A stretch of DNA of 64,000 nucleotides from assembly GCF_006345805.1 (NCBI RefSeq), contig NC_043007.1:54498001-54562000 (forward strand), read 5' to 3'. The DNA comes from Octopus sinensis. Its lineage: Eukaryota. A model generated the notes under the pieces. That model saw only the letters and a program-made list of their open reading frames with translations, ran no database searches and was not told the DNA's origin. This document shows positions 35,601 to 49,700 of the stretch, in pieces (the first letter of the stretch is position 1; every line of letters starts with the position of its first letter). The translations under genes and the position numbers were made by a program.

Positions 35601-38600
35601 TGGCCATGGTTGCCATTTAGTGGTAGATGCTTTTGCAGCTAGGGCACACCTTCTGCATGCTTTCACTAGTTCTTCAATATCACAGTCCATTGTTAGCCAA
35701 TATATTGGGTCATTCCATAAATAATGCAGTTTTTTTATACTTCTTTTATTTTACAAAATTAAGATAAACGAATGTCTTTTTTAATCTAAAATATACTCTC
35801 CTTCATTTTCTACAATACTATTCCATCTATCTGATAGATTTGCAAGGCCCCTCTTCCAAAATTCACTTGTCTGTGATGAAAAATACTCCTCCAGTACTGT
35901 TCTGACCTTCTCTACAGAATTCATATTTTTTCCTTCCAAATGATTTCAATGACTACGGAATAAATGATAATCAGATGGGGCAATATCCGGCAAATATGAT
36001 GGGTAGGGCATCGTTTTCCATTCAAACTACTCCAGCCTTTGGAATGTCATTTTCGCTGTACGTTTTAAGACATTCATTTAGACCAGTGGAAAAATCATCA
36101 CACACTCTGATTTTATTATTCTTTTTCTTAAAGTACACAGCTGGTAATACCTATTAACTATATTCCCCTTTTTGAATAACTCCAATTTTTTTCTGGTCTC
36201 TCTAACTCTAAGTGTATCTGTCCTAATGCTGCGAATGGTACTATTCTTTTGGGTTTAAATACTGGTATAGCATTTTTTTTTTACTTGAAACTTCCATGTT
36301 TTGGTGCACAGACCTAGTTTATCAGACAAAACTTTAGGAGAAATCTTTTAATTTTTTAAAAAATTTGTCAAACAATTCATTTGCACTGGTGGAAAAACCA
36401 TTCCCATTTTTACAGAAAAGATTTATGGGGAGATCCCGTAATTTAAATAATTCCATCCAGTCTGTTCCAAATAAATATATTGTATTATTCAACACAAAAA
36501 CTGGCTTTTAAGGTTTTTCCATGAAATGTAACATCACTTATCATTTTTTGCCCTTAAAATGTAATTTTTTCCCTGAAACACCACATGTAATTTTTGAATT
36601 TTTTTTTCCATGTATCTGCATCAATTATTGAGATATCACTGCCCATATCCAATCATAACTTTATTTTTGGGTTATTAATTTTTTACATACACAAATTTAC
36701 TTTGAGATTCATTCATATTTCTTGTCACCGATAACCTGTCTACGTGATTTTTGCAATTGAACTGTTTTTCAGGCTTTGTTTTACAGTGTGATTTTTTATG
36801 ACCTATCTTACCACACTTGAAGCATTTTATATTTTTAAATGAACAGTTACTTTTAAAATGTAGACCACCACACCCATAACATAGATTCAGTCTTGACATT
36901 TTTCTCTTTTTTTTATCCATTACCGGTCAACATGCATAAATATGAGAGCAGTCTTTTTCTTCAATTTTATCTGTGTCATGTCTTAGATTTATAATCTTCT
37001 GGCATTCTTCTCCTACTGCCTGTAGAGTTAATTTTTGGTCCCTTTCTAATTTTGTTAATATCTGGGAACATATATCTCCATCTTTGCTTGTAGTTAGCCT
37101 GTGAACAAAAATTAGACATTTCAATATGTCCAGGGTTAATTCATTTAAATTGAATTTTTCATACTCTCTGATAACAACCCCAGCATAGGTGACAAAATCT
37201 TCATCATTTTTTTGACCAAATTCAAACATTGCCAGCAAGTATTGAACATGGAACTTATTAATTGTTTCATTGAAACAAATTTCACCTGGCTTCTTTGGCA
37301 GAATTTAGTTACTATATTTTTCATGTTCGGTAGGGGATAACTTTCTTAAAAGTAGTTGTACTTTTTTCTCATCAGACCAATTTTTACATTCTTCTTTGAA
37401 GATTTCTTTGTATCTTCGAAAATATGCAGAGAAGGTAATCCCTTCTTCTGGATTATAACTGAATTTTCCAATTGAGTTTGCTACGCTGTCTGACAAGAAT
37501 GACCTGAAGTATTTTCAAATTTCTTCAATATTAATTCTAGCAACTGTTGGTGTTGTTGTTGCCATTGTAATTGCTGTTGTTGTTGCAACTGCACCATGGA
37601 GACCAATATGTCTTCCATGTTAAAATGATTTTTTCTTTGGTTTTGTACCAAATAAAAAATTTTAAACACCCAACACAAGCTTCAAATAACTCATCACCAC
37701 TTTTATATCCTTGTGTTGGATAAATAATTTAACAAAGTGGGTGAGAAAAAAAGTATTTATATGACACACTGCAATTACTGTTACACAAGGTTAAACACTC
37801 TCTGCCAATAGCTCTCAGTGAACAGTTTACCCTCAGTTGCTCACAGTTCTTTATTTTATAACAATGAGTCAGTTCACTTTTAATCACTTGGGGATGGTCA
37901 GAATCCTTCCACAACAGTAACAGAAGCCGTCAACTACTTCTATGGAATTTATTTTACTGATGCTCTGAGGACTCACTACTCTGGTAAACCTACCTACCAC
38001 AGACAAAGTCTCTTTTCACTGTTAGCCTGCTTTTGATTCCACTAAATTTCTTGTGAATCCATAGATCACATAAGTTACATATTAGGTTGTTCAGAAAGTT
38101 CTGAGCATTTTTTAATATGCAAAAAGGGATATAAATAATTGACCTTTTGATAAATTTTATTCAATAAAATAATTTCCATTATTATTAATGAACTTTGCCC
38201 ATCTATCAGGTAATTTAAATCTTCCATCACCATAAAATTTGACTGGTTTTGAAGAAAAAAGTTATTTAGATGCATTTTGACTCCATTCATTAAATGATTT
38301 TCTTTGTAATGAGTTCTGTAGAGACAAAAATAATGGTAATCAGATGGCACAATATCAGGAGAATATGGTAGATGTGGTAAGAGATCCCAGCCAGGTTCAT
38401 GTAGCTTTGTTCAGATAGCCAAAGACACATGTGGTTGGGCACTGTCTTGTTGGAACACTACCCCTTTCCTGTTGGCAATCTCCAGCCTCAATTCTTTGAT
38501 TTTTTAATTTTTTTTGGTTCAAATTAAGCAGCTGAGAACAGTACACATCAGAATTAATTGTCTGGTTTTGTGGGAAAAGCTCATAATAAATAATGCCTTT

Positions 38601-40235
38601 ATGATCCTACCAATCACAAAGCATAGCTTTTTTGGCATGGATATTCATCTTTGGTTGCTGTTTTGGGGGATCCTTATGCAAACTTCAGGATCTTAAGAAC
38701 CAGCAGGAAACTCACTTTTACAAGTGTTAGGGATGTTTTAGGGTTAATACACAACACAAAAGTAAAATAAAATAAATAATTGAGAAGCAAAATCAAAATG
38801 AAGTTATTTTATGGATAAAGTTGAATTTACTTACAGCTCTGCCATCAAGTTCATCACAAACTTTTTGACATTTTTCTAAATCCTTTTCTATTTCTTTTAC
38901 ACTGAACTTGTCACTCATCCGTTGCATGAAGTTTCCTTGGAGCTTTTGATGCTTCCTTTTTACCATTTCCTGAAATTTATTTATTTCTGCTAATTGTTCT
39001 TTTCTTTTAGTTGCTAATCCAAGACCTTCTCGGTCACATTTTACTTTGATGGGGACTGGTTCTGAACGTCCTTGACCTTTAAAACAAAATCCAATAATAT
39101 AATCAACAAAATACACAACAGCAATATAAATTGTGTAAGATGAGAAGAAATATATAATCAATTGATTTGGATCATATTACTGATTTTAATTTATTTTCCC
39201 AACTGGAATGGAAGACAAAGCACCAAACTATAAACCAAAGTAAAAATTTATTATACATGAAAAGAAACACTAATGTAGAAAGTGACAGCATTGTAGTCAA
39301 GAATAGATTAAATATAAATAAGAAAAAAGACTAAAACCTTTTACCTTATTAAATAACTTTAATAATCCTGATATTTTCACTGAAAAAGGTTTTATTCACA
39401 GGTAAAAAGAAAGACAGAGATGTCTTAGTTTGTCAGAGTTCCTGTCTATATGGTGGGGTTGAGAAGTGTTGAGAAGTGCTGAGACAGTGTTGAGACAATG
39501 AGGTGTTGAGAGTATGAGAAGTGTTGAGACAATAAGGTTGAATTTTGCATGACACAGGAACTGGTGAAAGGGGCTAGATTAGTCAACATGCTTCATGCAT
39601 TTTATATCAGCTGTTGATGGTGGGTTTGAATTGTTTAATGAGAGCTACCTCCTTAATTCACAAATACCCAACATTTCAGTCTGCATCTCTGAAAGTAAAA
39701 GTAATGTCTTGGCTGCAGCATTTATCCAGGTAATTTTTTCACTGATGAAGCATCTGTATGGAGATGTCCATGGATTTGGATATATGAGTGCTGAAGAATG
39801 CTACCAATATAGTATCTGCTGCCTTGTGAGCATGGTAGATGATATGTATGCTCATAAAAATATGTCCAGGTGGCAAAATAGACAGTCAGCCAACATGGTT
39901 ACATCATATGTATAAAGAGACCATCTTTTATACAGATATTTTGGACTTGCATGGGATAGTTGTATATCTAACCTTTATCTACACATAGCCTTGTAGACAG
40001 CAGAAGTTGCTTGGTTGATGAGCTGTTTCATTTCTTTCACTTGGAAGATGTTTAGTAGCTGATAAAGGTTGTTGGGTAACCATGAATTTCCAGCATCCTT
40101 AAGAACTTCTTGGTATGGCAAACTTCTTCAATATATAGTCCATCTTGGCACTAAAAGGTACATTTATACATTAATATTTCTACATCTTTTAATCTAAAAA
40201 AGCAGCAAAGCCAATGATTTACTATTACAACAGTT

Positions 40236-40298
<63 letters not shown>

Positions 40299-41889
40299 AC
40301 TCACTCTTTCACACATTCTAGAAGACCATCAGATCAAATCTCAGAAATTTGATTTGATGATATGTCGTCAGACTTGCTGACAATGTCAAATAAGTAGAGT
40401 TATTCAATATGACACAGTAATTCATTGTTTAGGACCAGAGTTAGGGTTAGGGTAGAACAATGCACTGCAGACGAAATCACTTTATGCAAGTTATTGCTGA
40501 TCCCTTGTATAGTTGTAATTACATATTTCAGAGACAGAACAATTTACAGTTAAAGGGCTTCAGTCATTTCTGATTAAGCAGACATAAGACACTGAGGTAG
40601 CAAACAATCCAATATTGGTTACAACCTATGAACCTGTGTACTCTGCATTCATCATTTGATCAGGAACCATCCTTTATATGTTATCATGCAATAGCCACTT
40701 AAGTGGAGGTGCAGGAAGGCAATCAGCATATGTTATATTCTCTGCTCCAATTATTACATGATCTGAAAATTTCATGGTTTTCTGAAGTGGGGTGAATGGA
40801 CTAGAAACACTGCAGTCTGGTTAAGAAGATCACTTTGCAACCACATGGTTTTGGGTTCAGTCCCATTGTGTGGCACCTTGGGCAAGTGTCGTCTACTATA
40901 GCCCAAGACAGACCAATACCTTACAAGTGAATTTGATAGACAGAAACTGTATGGAAGTCCATTGTGTGTGTCATACATGTGCATGTGTGCATGCATGCCT
41001 GTCTGTCTTTGTGTTTGTCCCCCTCACCACTGGTGACATAAACAAACCAACTACTGTTGGTTTGTTTATGTCATCATAACTTAGCAGTTTGGCAAAAGAG
41101 TCTGATAGAATATGTACCAGACTTTAATAAAACATAAGTACTGAGGTTGATTTGTTCAACTGAACCCTTTGAAGCAGAGGCCTAACATAGCCACAATTCA
41201 ATGACTGAAACAGGTAAACAATAAAAGATAAAATTTAATAGTAGTTCTTGTGGAATTTATCACCCAACAGATATTTTATTAAATAAAAATGTCAGTAATA
41301 AATAAAAGTTAATAAATAAAATTTATGTCTCCAAATTTGAAATTTAAAATTTTTAATCTGATAAACAAATATCAGAAAAGAATAGGGTATCAACCAACCT
41401 TCTTTGCCTAGTGACATTCCTGGTTTATAACCCATTTTCTGTAATAATGCAAATCCTTTGTTATCTTCACTGAGCTTTATACTTAAACCTTCTGTTCGCC
41501 TTTCTTTTTCACTTTCTTTCATATTCTTTCGTTTCAACTGGTTCTGTCTGTTGGCCTCTTTTGTTGCCTTCTCTACATGGTATTGTCGACTTGTTGCTTT
41601 AGACACAAGTCCTGGTCGTAAGTTAACACTAGAATGAAATCATCGCATGTATTAATTGATTCATCTGTAGTCCTATGTATGATAACATCCTATGACTGAC
41701 TGGGTGATTAGGGAAACACTGGGAAATATATGTTATATAGTTATGGGTTTGTCTTGCTGCTCATTTCAAGCTGAATCCATTTGAAATGACCTAGGGTCAG
41801 CTAAATCAGTATTTCAGAAAGAAGTTAGGAATAGAGGTAAGTGTATTGAATCTAATGTTGTGAAAGTTTAATATGTATGTGTAAATACT

Positions 41890-41938
<49 letters not shown>

Positions 41939-43674
41939 TGGGGGGAAAGAAATAAATATTCGTATATGTCAAAATTCTTTATTTATTTAATTTCTAATGA
42001 ACATAAATGGGATATACCAATACTATATTTGCATACACATGCATAAACTAAGAATATGCAAAAGAAACTAATAAATTATAGTAACTAATGAATTTATATA
42101 CAATTATAAATATTTAGGGGTGAAAAAAGTATTTGTACAGAATACATTTATGATTTCCTATGCCACAAAATACTGTTAAAATATTTTTTTTTTTACTAGA
42201 ACTTTCTCGTTTGTTCCAATAATCTTATCAGTTGTCATTTTTAAGTGTCAAAACACTAGCTTCTTCATTCAGCATTAAGACAACATAAAGTAGTATCATA
42301 ATAATGGAGAAAAGTAAAGAACTCACAAATTCAGTGAAAAACTTAATTATTGAACAGTGGAAAGCAGGTAAAAGTTACAGGAAAATATCAGAGACCCTTT
42401 GTATTCCATTTTCTACCATATCTTCAATTATTCAAAGATATAAAAAAATCGAGAACTGTTGAAAACAGAATAAGATCCGGTGCACCACGCAAGATTTCCC
42501 CTAGATCTTTAAGAAAAATGAAGCAAAGAATCGAAAAAAAATGCAATGATCACCAGAAAGGAGTTGCAAGAAGATTTGTTAGCTTCAGGGACTAGTGCTA
42601 CACTACGAACAATCAGCAATGAACTTCATAGAAATGAACTGAAATCACGCTCTCCTAGAAAAACTCCGCTGTTGACTAAAAGGCATAGAGATGCCCGTTT
42701 AAAATTTGTTTATGAACATAAAGATAAATCTGATACATTCTGGGAAAATGTTCTATGGACAGACGAGTCGAAAATTGAATTGTTTGGAGTCATGTTTGGA
42801 GGAAAGATAGTACCGCCTATTCGCCAAAAAACACAATTCCTACCGTAAAGTTTGGAGGTGGCAGAAATACCCATTATTGACTGGGTTGAAAAAAGCTGCC
42901 AAAATTGTACTATGAATATTGAAAGTTAATCACTTAGATTGTATTGAACATATATAAGAAATGGCTGTTAACTTTCATGTAGACAATAGAGCCGTTTCCT
43001 TCTGGCCAATAGCATCATGGCTGCATATAAACTTTTGATCTATGATCTCTAGTATTTCAGTCTATAAATGAAGCAAACATCGCAGACTTTGGCTTATGCC
43101 TAGTACAAGGTAACTAAGTAAAAGTTAGGGGAAACCTAAAATCATATGTACTATAATTTATTAAACTTAAGTATTACAACAAGCAAAAATACAAATAGCT
43201 TTTCTTAGACGAATAGCCTGGTGGCTCAAAGATAGACATATAAAACAAATAAAAACAATATAATAATGCTATTAAAGTGCATACACAAATTTAATAGGAA
43301 TACATAATAACAATCTATCTCTGAATAGCATACTTCTTACACGGAATAATGAAGGAGACAATTGTAATGAAGGAGACATTGTAAAACATGAAAAATAGTC
43401 CATGAATAATTTTGTTTTTAGCTTTCCTAGAACTTTCATTTAGTTTTATTGTGTCTGGGGAGAGTCATTCTGTCTTAATATCTTATTAACACTCACTGGT
43501 TCGAGTTCCACTCGTTCATTATTTTTTCCCTAAAACTTTTGTTGCTTCTTCCAATGTCTTCAATAGTTGTTGACTATGTCCATTATCAGAGCTGCATTTC
43601 TTCTTGTTTGTTTGTTTGTGTGCATGTGAGTGTGTCAGCACTCATGTGTATACACATATGTATGTATGTATGTA

Positions 43675-43721
<47 letters not shown>

Positions 43722-46700
43722 TGTGTGTGTGGTGTGTGTGTGTGTATACATATATGTATGTATGCCTGTGTGTACATATATATGCATTCTGCATATTTAT
43801 ATCTTTATTGCCCACAGGGGGCTAAACATAGAGGGGACGAACAAGGACAGACAAAGGGATTAAGTCGATTACATCGACCCCAGTGTGTAACTGGTACTTA
43901 TTTAATTGACCCCAAATTGATGAAAGGCAAAGTCGACCTCTGCAGAATTTGAAATCAGAACATAATGGCAGATGAAATACTGCTAACCATTTCACCTGGC
44001 TTATTCATGTGCATGTTTGTACTTGTATGCGCTATCTCCCTTAGACCGGGCACTTTTTCGGGTGGGGGACAGCACTATGTGCAACATTTTAGAAAAAGGT
44101 TTGTAGGTCTCTTGGCAGAGCACCTAGAGATTCAGGGCTATTTCCATGGTAATTACAGAAACATCAAATTGCTGGATCAGGTCATGAAGGTTACGGAAAG
44201 TGTTATTGGCCCAATTAATTAGGAACAGAATCAGATTAGATGAAACACAGTTTGTCTCTGTGCTGGGGAGAAGCATTACTGATGCTATCTTTATAGTCAG
44301 ACAACTGCAGGAGAAGTATTTGGCTAAGAATAAACCATTGCATTTGGTGTTTGTTGACATGGAGAAAGCCTTTGACAGAGTACCCCACTGTGTTATATAG
44401 TGGGCTCTCAGGAAGCTGGAGGTAGACAAGTGACTTGTGAAAGATGTACAACTCATGTACAGAGATTCTGTCTGTAAGATGAGAGTTAACCATGAGTATA
44501 GTGATGAATTTAGTGTACAGGTAGGCATTCAGTTCTCAGTCCCCTCCTATTCATCATTGTCCTCCAGGCCATAACAGATCAATTCAAGACCAGCTACCCT
44601 GGGAACTGCTATATGCTAATGATCTTGCTCTTACAGCGGATTCTATAACAGAACTAGAAAAGAAATTCCAGGTGCTGAAGCCAGTTAAGCCACCACTGGA
44701 CAATGACTTAGCTGCCCAAAACTTTGAAGTCACTGTCAACATTCTTATTTAAGAATGATAAATACACACACACACACACATCATTCACACACGGTAGTGT
44801 GTGAATAATATTCTTAAGGTCAACATTTACTCACTTGCAACCACTTCTAGGCTTTGTCACTAACTCTGTTTTTAACCAAATTAGATGATGTTTACATTAT
44901 TAGATTGATCACATAATAAGCTACATTTCAGCTACAAAATTTGAAAATTGCTTTGTTAGAAAAAAAAATTTCAGTAAAATATGTGAGGTCAAAAACAGGT
45001 GAGTAATGCCTGAAATATTTTTTGTCTTTTAAAGAAATCTATATTTTATTTTAGCTTATATGATAGATCTTAGTGAGGTGAATCTATCCATATTACTTAT
45101 ATACAAAAATATTCAGTAGAAAAAAAGTACTGAGGCAAAAACCAGTGAAAAAAAAAGGAGATTAATGCCTGAAATCAACTTTGAATCCAAATATTATTAT
45201 TTCAAAAGTAAACTATTTAAATTCAACTTTTCTGATAGATCTCCATTAAAGGAATCTGATGATGCCAATTATATATAAAAACACTTTTAAGTAAGAAACT
45301 TTTGGGGCCAAATGTGCTGAAAAAAGTGGTAACACCTAAAATGTTTTTTTACCTCAAATGATAGAACTCATCAAGACAAGTGTTGTGGTGCTAATCTTTT
45401 CAAAAAATATCATTTACACACAGTAAGTAGTATGTGAATGATATTCTTATGGTCAACATTTACTCACTCATGACCACTTCTAGTCTTTGTCACTAACCCA
45501 GTTTTTAACCGAAGTAGATGTTGTTTACACTTTTAGATTGGTCACATTATAAGCTACATTTTCAGTTCAAACATTTGAAAATTGGTTCACTAGAAAAAGT
45601 TCGAGTCAAATATGTGAGGTCAAAAGGGGGAGAATAACGCCTGAAATCAACTTTGAGTACAAATTTTTTTTTTTAAGAAATCATCATCATCATCTTCGTC
45701 ATTTAACATCCTTTTCCATGCTAGCATGGGTTGGATGGTTTGACCGGGGTCTGGGAAACCAGGAGGCTGCACCAGGCTCCAGTCTGATCTGGCAGTGTTT
45801 CTACAGGTGGATGCCCTTCCTAATGCCAACCACTCTGTGAATGTAGTGGGTGCTTTTTATGTGCCACCAGCATGGAAGCCAGTCAAGGCGGCGCTGGCAT
45901 CAGCCATGTTCGGATGGTGCTTTTTATGTGCCACTGGCATGGGTATCACAACTACAATTTCCATTTGGTTTTTATTTTGATGTTGATGTACGTGGCTTAA
46001 TTCTCCTCAAGCACAGCAGGTCACGCTATGATCCAAGGTAAGCACAACAGGCCGTCCTGCGATCCAAGGTACTTTGAATGGGCTGGGGCTGCTATGTGAA
46101 GCTGGTGCAGGAAACAGCCATGAACTCGCGTTATTTGTTAGGTCTTCGCAGTCACAGCATATCTCCAGAGGTCTCGGTCTTTCGTCATTGCCTCTGTGAG
46201 GCCCAACGTTCGAAGGTCATGCTTGACCACCTCATCCCATGTCTTCCTGGGTCACTCTGAGCGAGAGACCCTTTGTCACCAGTAAGAGTAGAAGCTTTCT
46301 AAACTTTGCCCAGGCTATTCTTATTCTAGTGGTGACACTCTCTGAACATCCACATCCACTACCAACTTGGTCACCTAGGTAGCAGAAACTATCAACTACT
46401 TCTAGTTTCTCCCACTGGAGTGTGATGGAATCTTTTTTCTGAGTATCTGTGGTGTCTATTGCCTCTGTGCATCTGCCGCACACGAAACCTATCTTCTCAG
46501 TTAATTTTCCTTTGATGTTGCTGCACCTCTTATGCGTCCATAGCTTACACTGGGTACATGTTATGGACTTTCTACCTACACCCTTTCTACAGATCGAGCA
46601 GGGGCAATTACCTGAGTGGTTGTGTGATCAGTTCACTTTCCTACTTACTATAACTTTGGTCTTTGCTACATTGACTCTAAGACCTTTTGATTCTAAACCT

Positions 46701-49700
46701 AGCTTCCACAACCAAAATTTCTTTTCTAGTTCCGGTAGTGATTCCGCTATGAGGGCCAGGTCATTAGCATAGAGGAGCTCCCAGGAGCAACCTGTCTTGA
46801 ATTCCTCTGTTATTGCCTGGAGGACTATGATGAATAAAAGGGGACTGAGGGCTGAACCTTGGTGGACTCCTACTTCTACCCAGAATTATTCACTATACTC
46901 ATTGCTAATCCTAACCTTACTAACGGCCTCTCTGTATAGGGCCTGTACAGCCCTTATTAACCATTCGTCAATCTCCAGTTTCCACATCGCCCACCAGATA
47001 AAGGATCGGGGGACCCTATCAATGCGAAAGGTTCTTTAGCTTCCAAATCCTTCTTTTCTGGATTAGTCTGTTTCTTGGTACCCTTCTGGCCTCGAACCTA
47101 AAGTCACTAATGACTAGCCTATGCTGGGGGGTACATTCTTCACCCAGGAGGGTCTTTGTATTCAAGAGCAACCCTGCGCCCCGCTGTCTGGTGAGGATGA
47201 AATCAATCTGACTAGCAGAGTTCCCTGATTGATAGGTTATAAGGTGGCTGTCTGGCTTCCTGAAGTTAGTGTTGCAGATTAAAAGGTTACATGCATCACA
47301 GAACTCTAGTAGCCTTGTTTCCTCATCGTTTCGGGTGCCAATACCATGGCCACTGTGTTACCCCAGTGAAGATACCAGATTCCCACCCAACATGCCCATT
47401 AAAGTCTCCAGCCACAAAGATGACGTCATTGCCACTCATCTTTGAGGTAGAAGGGTATCGTAAAAGTGGTCCTTCTGATCATTTGGTAGCCCTGTATGTG
47501 GGCGTAGGTGGAGATAATTGTAGCTGTTCTGTTCTGTAGGACTAGCCTTAGCTTAAGCACTCTATCGCATACCCTTACAACCTCTATGACTTTATCCACC
47601 CATTTCTACGCAAGAGTATGTCAACAACCCCTACACCAACCATGTTACCTTGCCAGAAGACTTTATACCTATGTGCCTTGCCTTTGAGGACCCTAGCTGA
47701 AGCTCCTCTCCATCTTGTATGCAGCATACATCAACCCATCTCCTTTCAAGCATCTCCACAATCTCACTAGACCTACCTTTCAGTGTGCCAACATTGACAG
47801 TGCCAACTCTGAAAACTGGGAAGGTAATGTGGGGTGAGGTTTGGGGAGGAGGGATGTTATTCAGCACCTGAAAAGAAGAGGATTGTTGTGTTTGTTTTTT
47901 AGGCATGCTTCATCTGATCTCTCTTCCAACTTGACAACATTCAAGCATTCAAGCATGTTAAGATTGTTGCCCCTACTGGATGTAGGAGCCAGTGTTAGCA
48001 GTGTTGTATGCATAAGCATTATGGTCATCGAATGATGTAGATTTAAGCGGTGTAGCAGAAATATGGATATTCCAATGTTAGGTTAGGAGGAGGTCAACTG
48101 AAAATTGGTTGCGTTTGTCCAAGTAGAGGGAGATTGCGAGTATAATGGGGAAGGGTTCGGACAGAGAGAGAGGAAACAAGCTCTTTCCTACATTCCTACA
48201 AGCACACCCAAACACAGGAAGAAGCACGCATGGACAGCCGAATAGCTTTTACCTTTATTTCACAAGGCCAAGGAAAATTCCTGGGTAGTTGTTGGCATAT
48301 ATCTAGACAATGAAAATGGAACAAAAAAGAGCCAAACCTGGTTGCATTTGTCCCAGTAGAGAGATAGAGAAAGAGAGGGAGAGAGGTAGGGAAAGAGAGG
48401 GAGAGAGGGAGAGAAAGAGAGGGAGAGAGGTAGATAAAGAGAGGGAGAGAGATAGAGAAAGAGAGAGTGCAGGTAATATACAGAACAGCACCAGCGAGGA
48501 GTGGGAGTTGGGAGAAGTGATAACTGGTAGGGGTGGTAACAAATTTCTAGACAGAACGAAACGTAAGATAGCACCAGTGAGGAGGGGGAATTGGGAGAAG
48601 AGATAACTGGTAGGGGTGGTGACAGATTTCTAAACAGAACAAAACATAAGATAACCAGTTAAGTGGGTGGGTTGATGAGCAGCAGCACTGGCTGCATTTG
48701 TCCTAGGAGAGAGAAGTGCAGTTAATATATGGAGAATAGCCCATTGAGAAGGAGAGGTTGGAAGAATAGACACAGGCAATGGTGGTGGGAGAAGGGATAT
48801 CCGGTGTAAATGGTGCAAAGATAGAGCTATCCAGTATTGGTGGTGGGGGCAGGAAAGAGCAGGCGCACCGCGAACAAGCAAAAATTTGTTTGGGGACAAT
48901 GGGACGAAAATATGGAAATAAGAATGAGGAAAATTAAGCAAGCAAATTTTATTTGGGGACAGAAGGACGAAAATATGGGAATAAGAATGTGAATTGAAAC
49001 GAGGAGAAATGAGTAATTATCTTCACAAAATTACAAGAGATAAAACTAAAATTATATTTGAGGGGACATTTTCAATGGTTAGCTCATGAAAACAAGCTGT
49101 TAGTAAATAATACATTTAAAGTGTGAGTGGTGAATGAAGTACGAGGGACAGAAAGAAAAAACGAGAAAAATCTTAGCTTCTGGACATCATTTGGTGAAGA
49201 TATATCTCAACGACAGACATCTATCCATGTTAGTTATATGCAAAAAAATTCAGTAGAAGAAAGTACTGGGTTAAAAACCAGTGAAAAATAAGGGTATTAA
49301 CACCTGAAATTGACTTTGACTCCAAAAATTTCTCTTCTTTCAAAAGAAAACTATACTTAATTAAATTTTTCTGATAGATCTTGACTACTGGAATCCCACG
49401 AAGCTAATTATATTTTTTTTTAAATTTCAATAAAAACTACTGGGGCTAAATGTGCTGAAAATAGTGGTAACACTTAAAAAGCAAGTTGAAAGCATAAACA
49501 TTTTGTTTTGTGTAAAAAATTTTGTTTTTGTTTAGCTCATATGATAGAACTCATCAACCCAAGTGTCATGGTGCTAATCTTTTCAAAAAATATTCGAAAT
49601 GTAAAAAGTTATTATATAAGCTAAATGTGCCAAAAGTACGTAAAACAATTTTCAAGTAATATTATCACATATTACAGTACTAATATGACAAGCTGGCAGA

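Larger units (their letters stand above)
29892..37915 (-). mobile_element. Ty3/Gypsy LTR retrotransposon (Mag-like), degenerate
   Basis: LTRs of about 215 bp at 37701-37915 and 29892-30108; PBS TGGTGATGAG; PPT AAAAAGAGA; 5-bp TSD ATAAC/GTAAC. Gag FSYNPEEG...LLLRKL with twin CCHC knuckles, protease LDMGSD, RT N-terminus, and integrase PW...LHVDY and SPVELMFARKIR. Confidence 0.9.
29600..38040 (-). mobile_element. old RTE fragment split by the Gypsy insertion (pieces 29600-29891 and 37916-38040)
   Basis: Removing the Gypsy element and one TSD copy rejoins tctagataac|agaagccgtcaactacttcta, the RTE VVDSFRYLGD region. Confidence 0.8.

Noticed and set aside
39595-39915. 106-aa plus-strand ORF as a nested gene
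   Set aside because: It is the antisense of a Penelope-like relic and has no recognisable domain.
40441-40455. Interstitial telomeric repeat
   Set aside because: Only two TTAGGG units; not distinguishable from chance or a repeat fragment.
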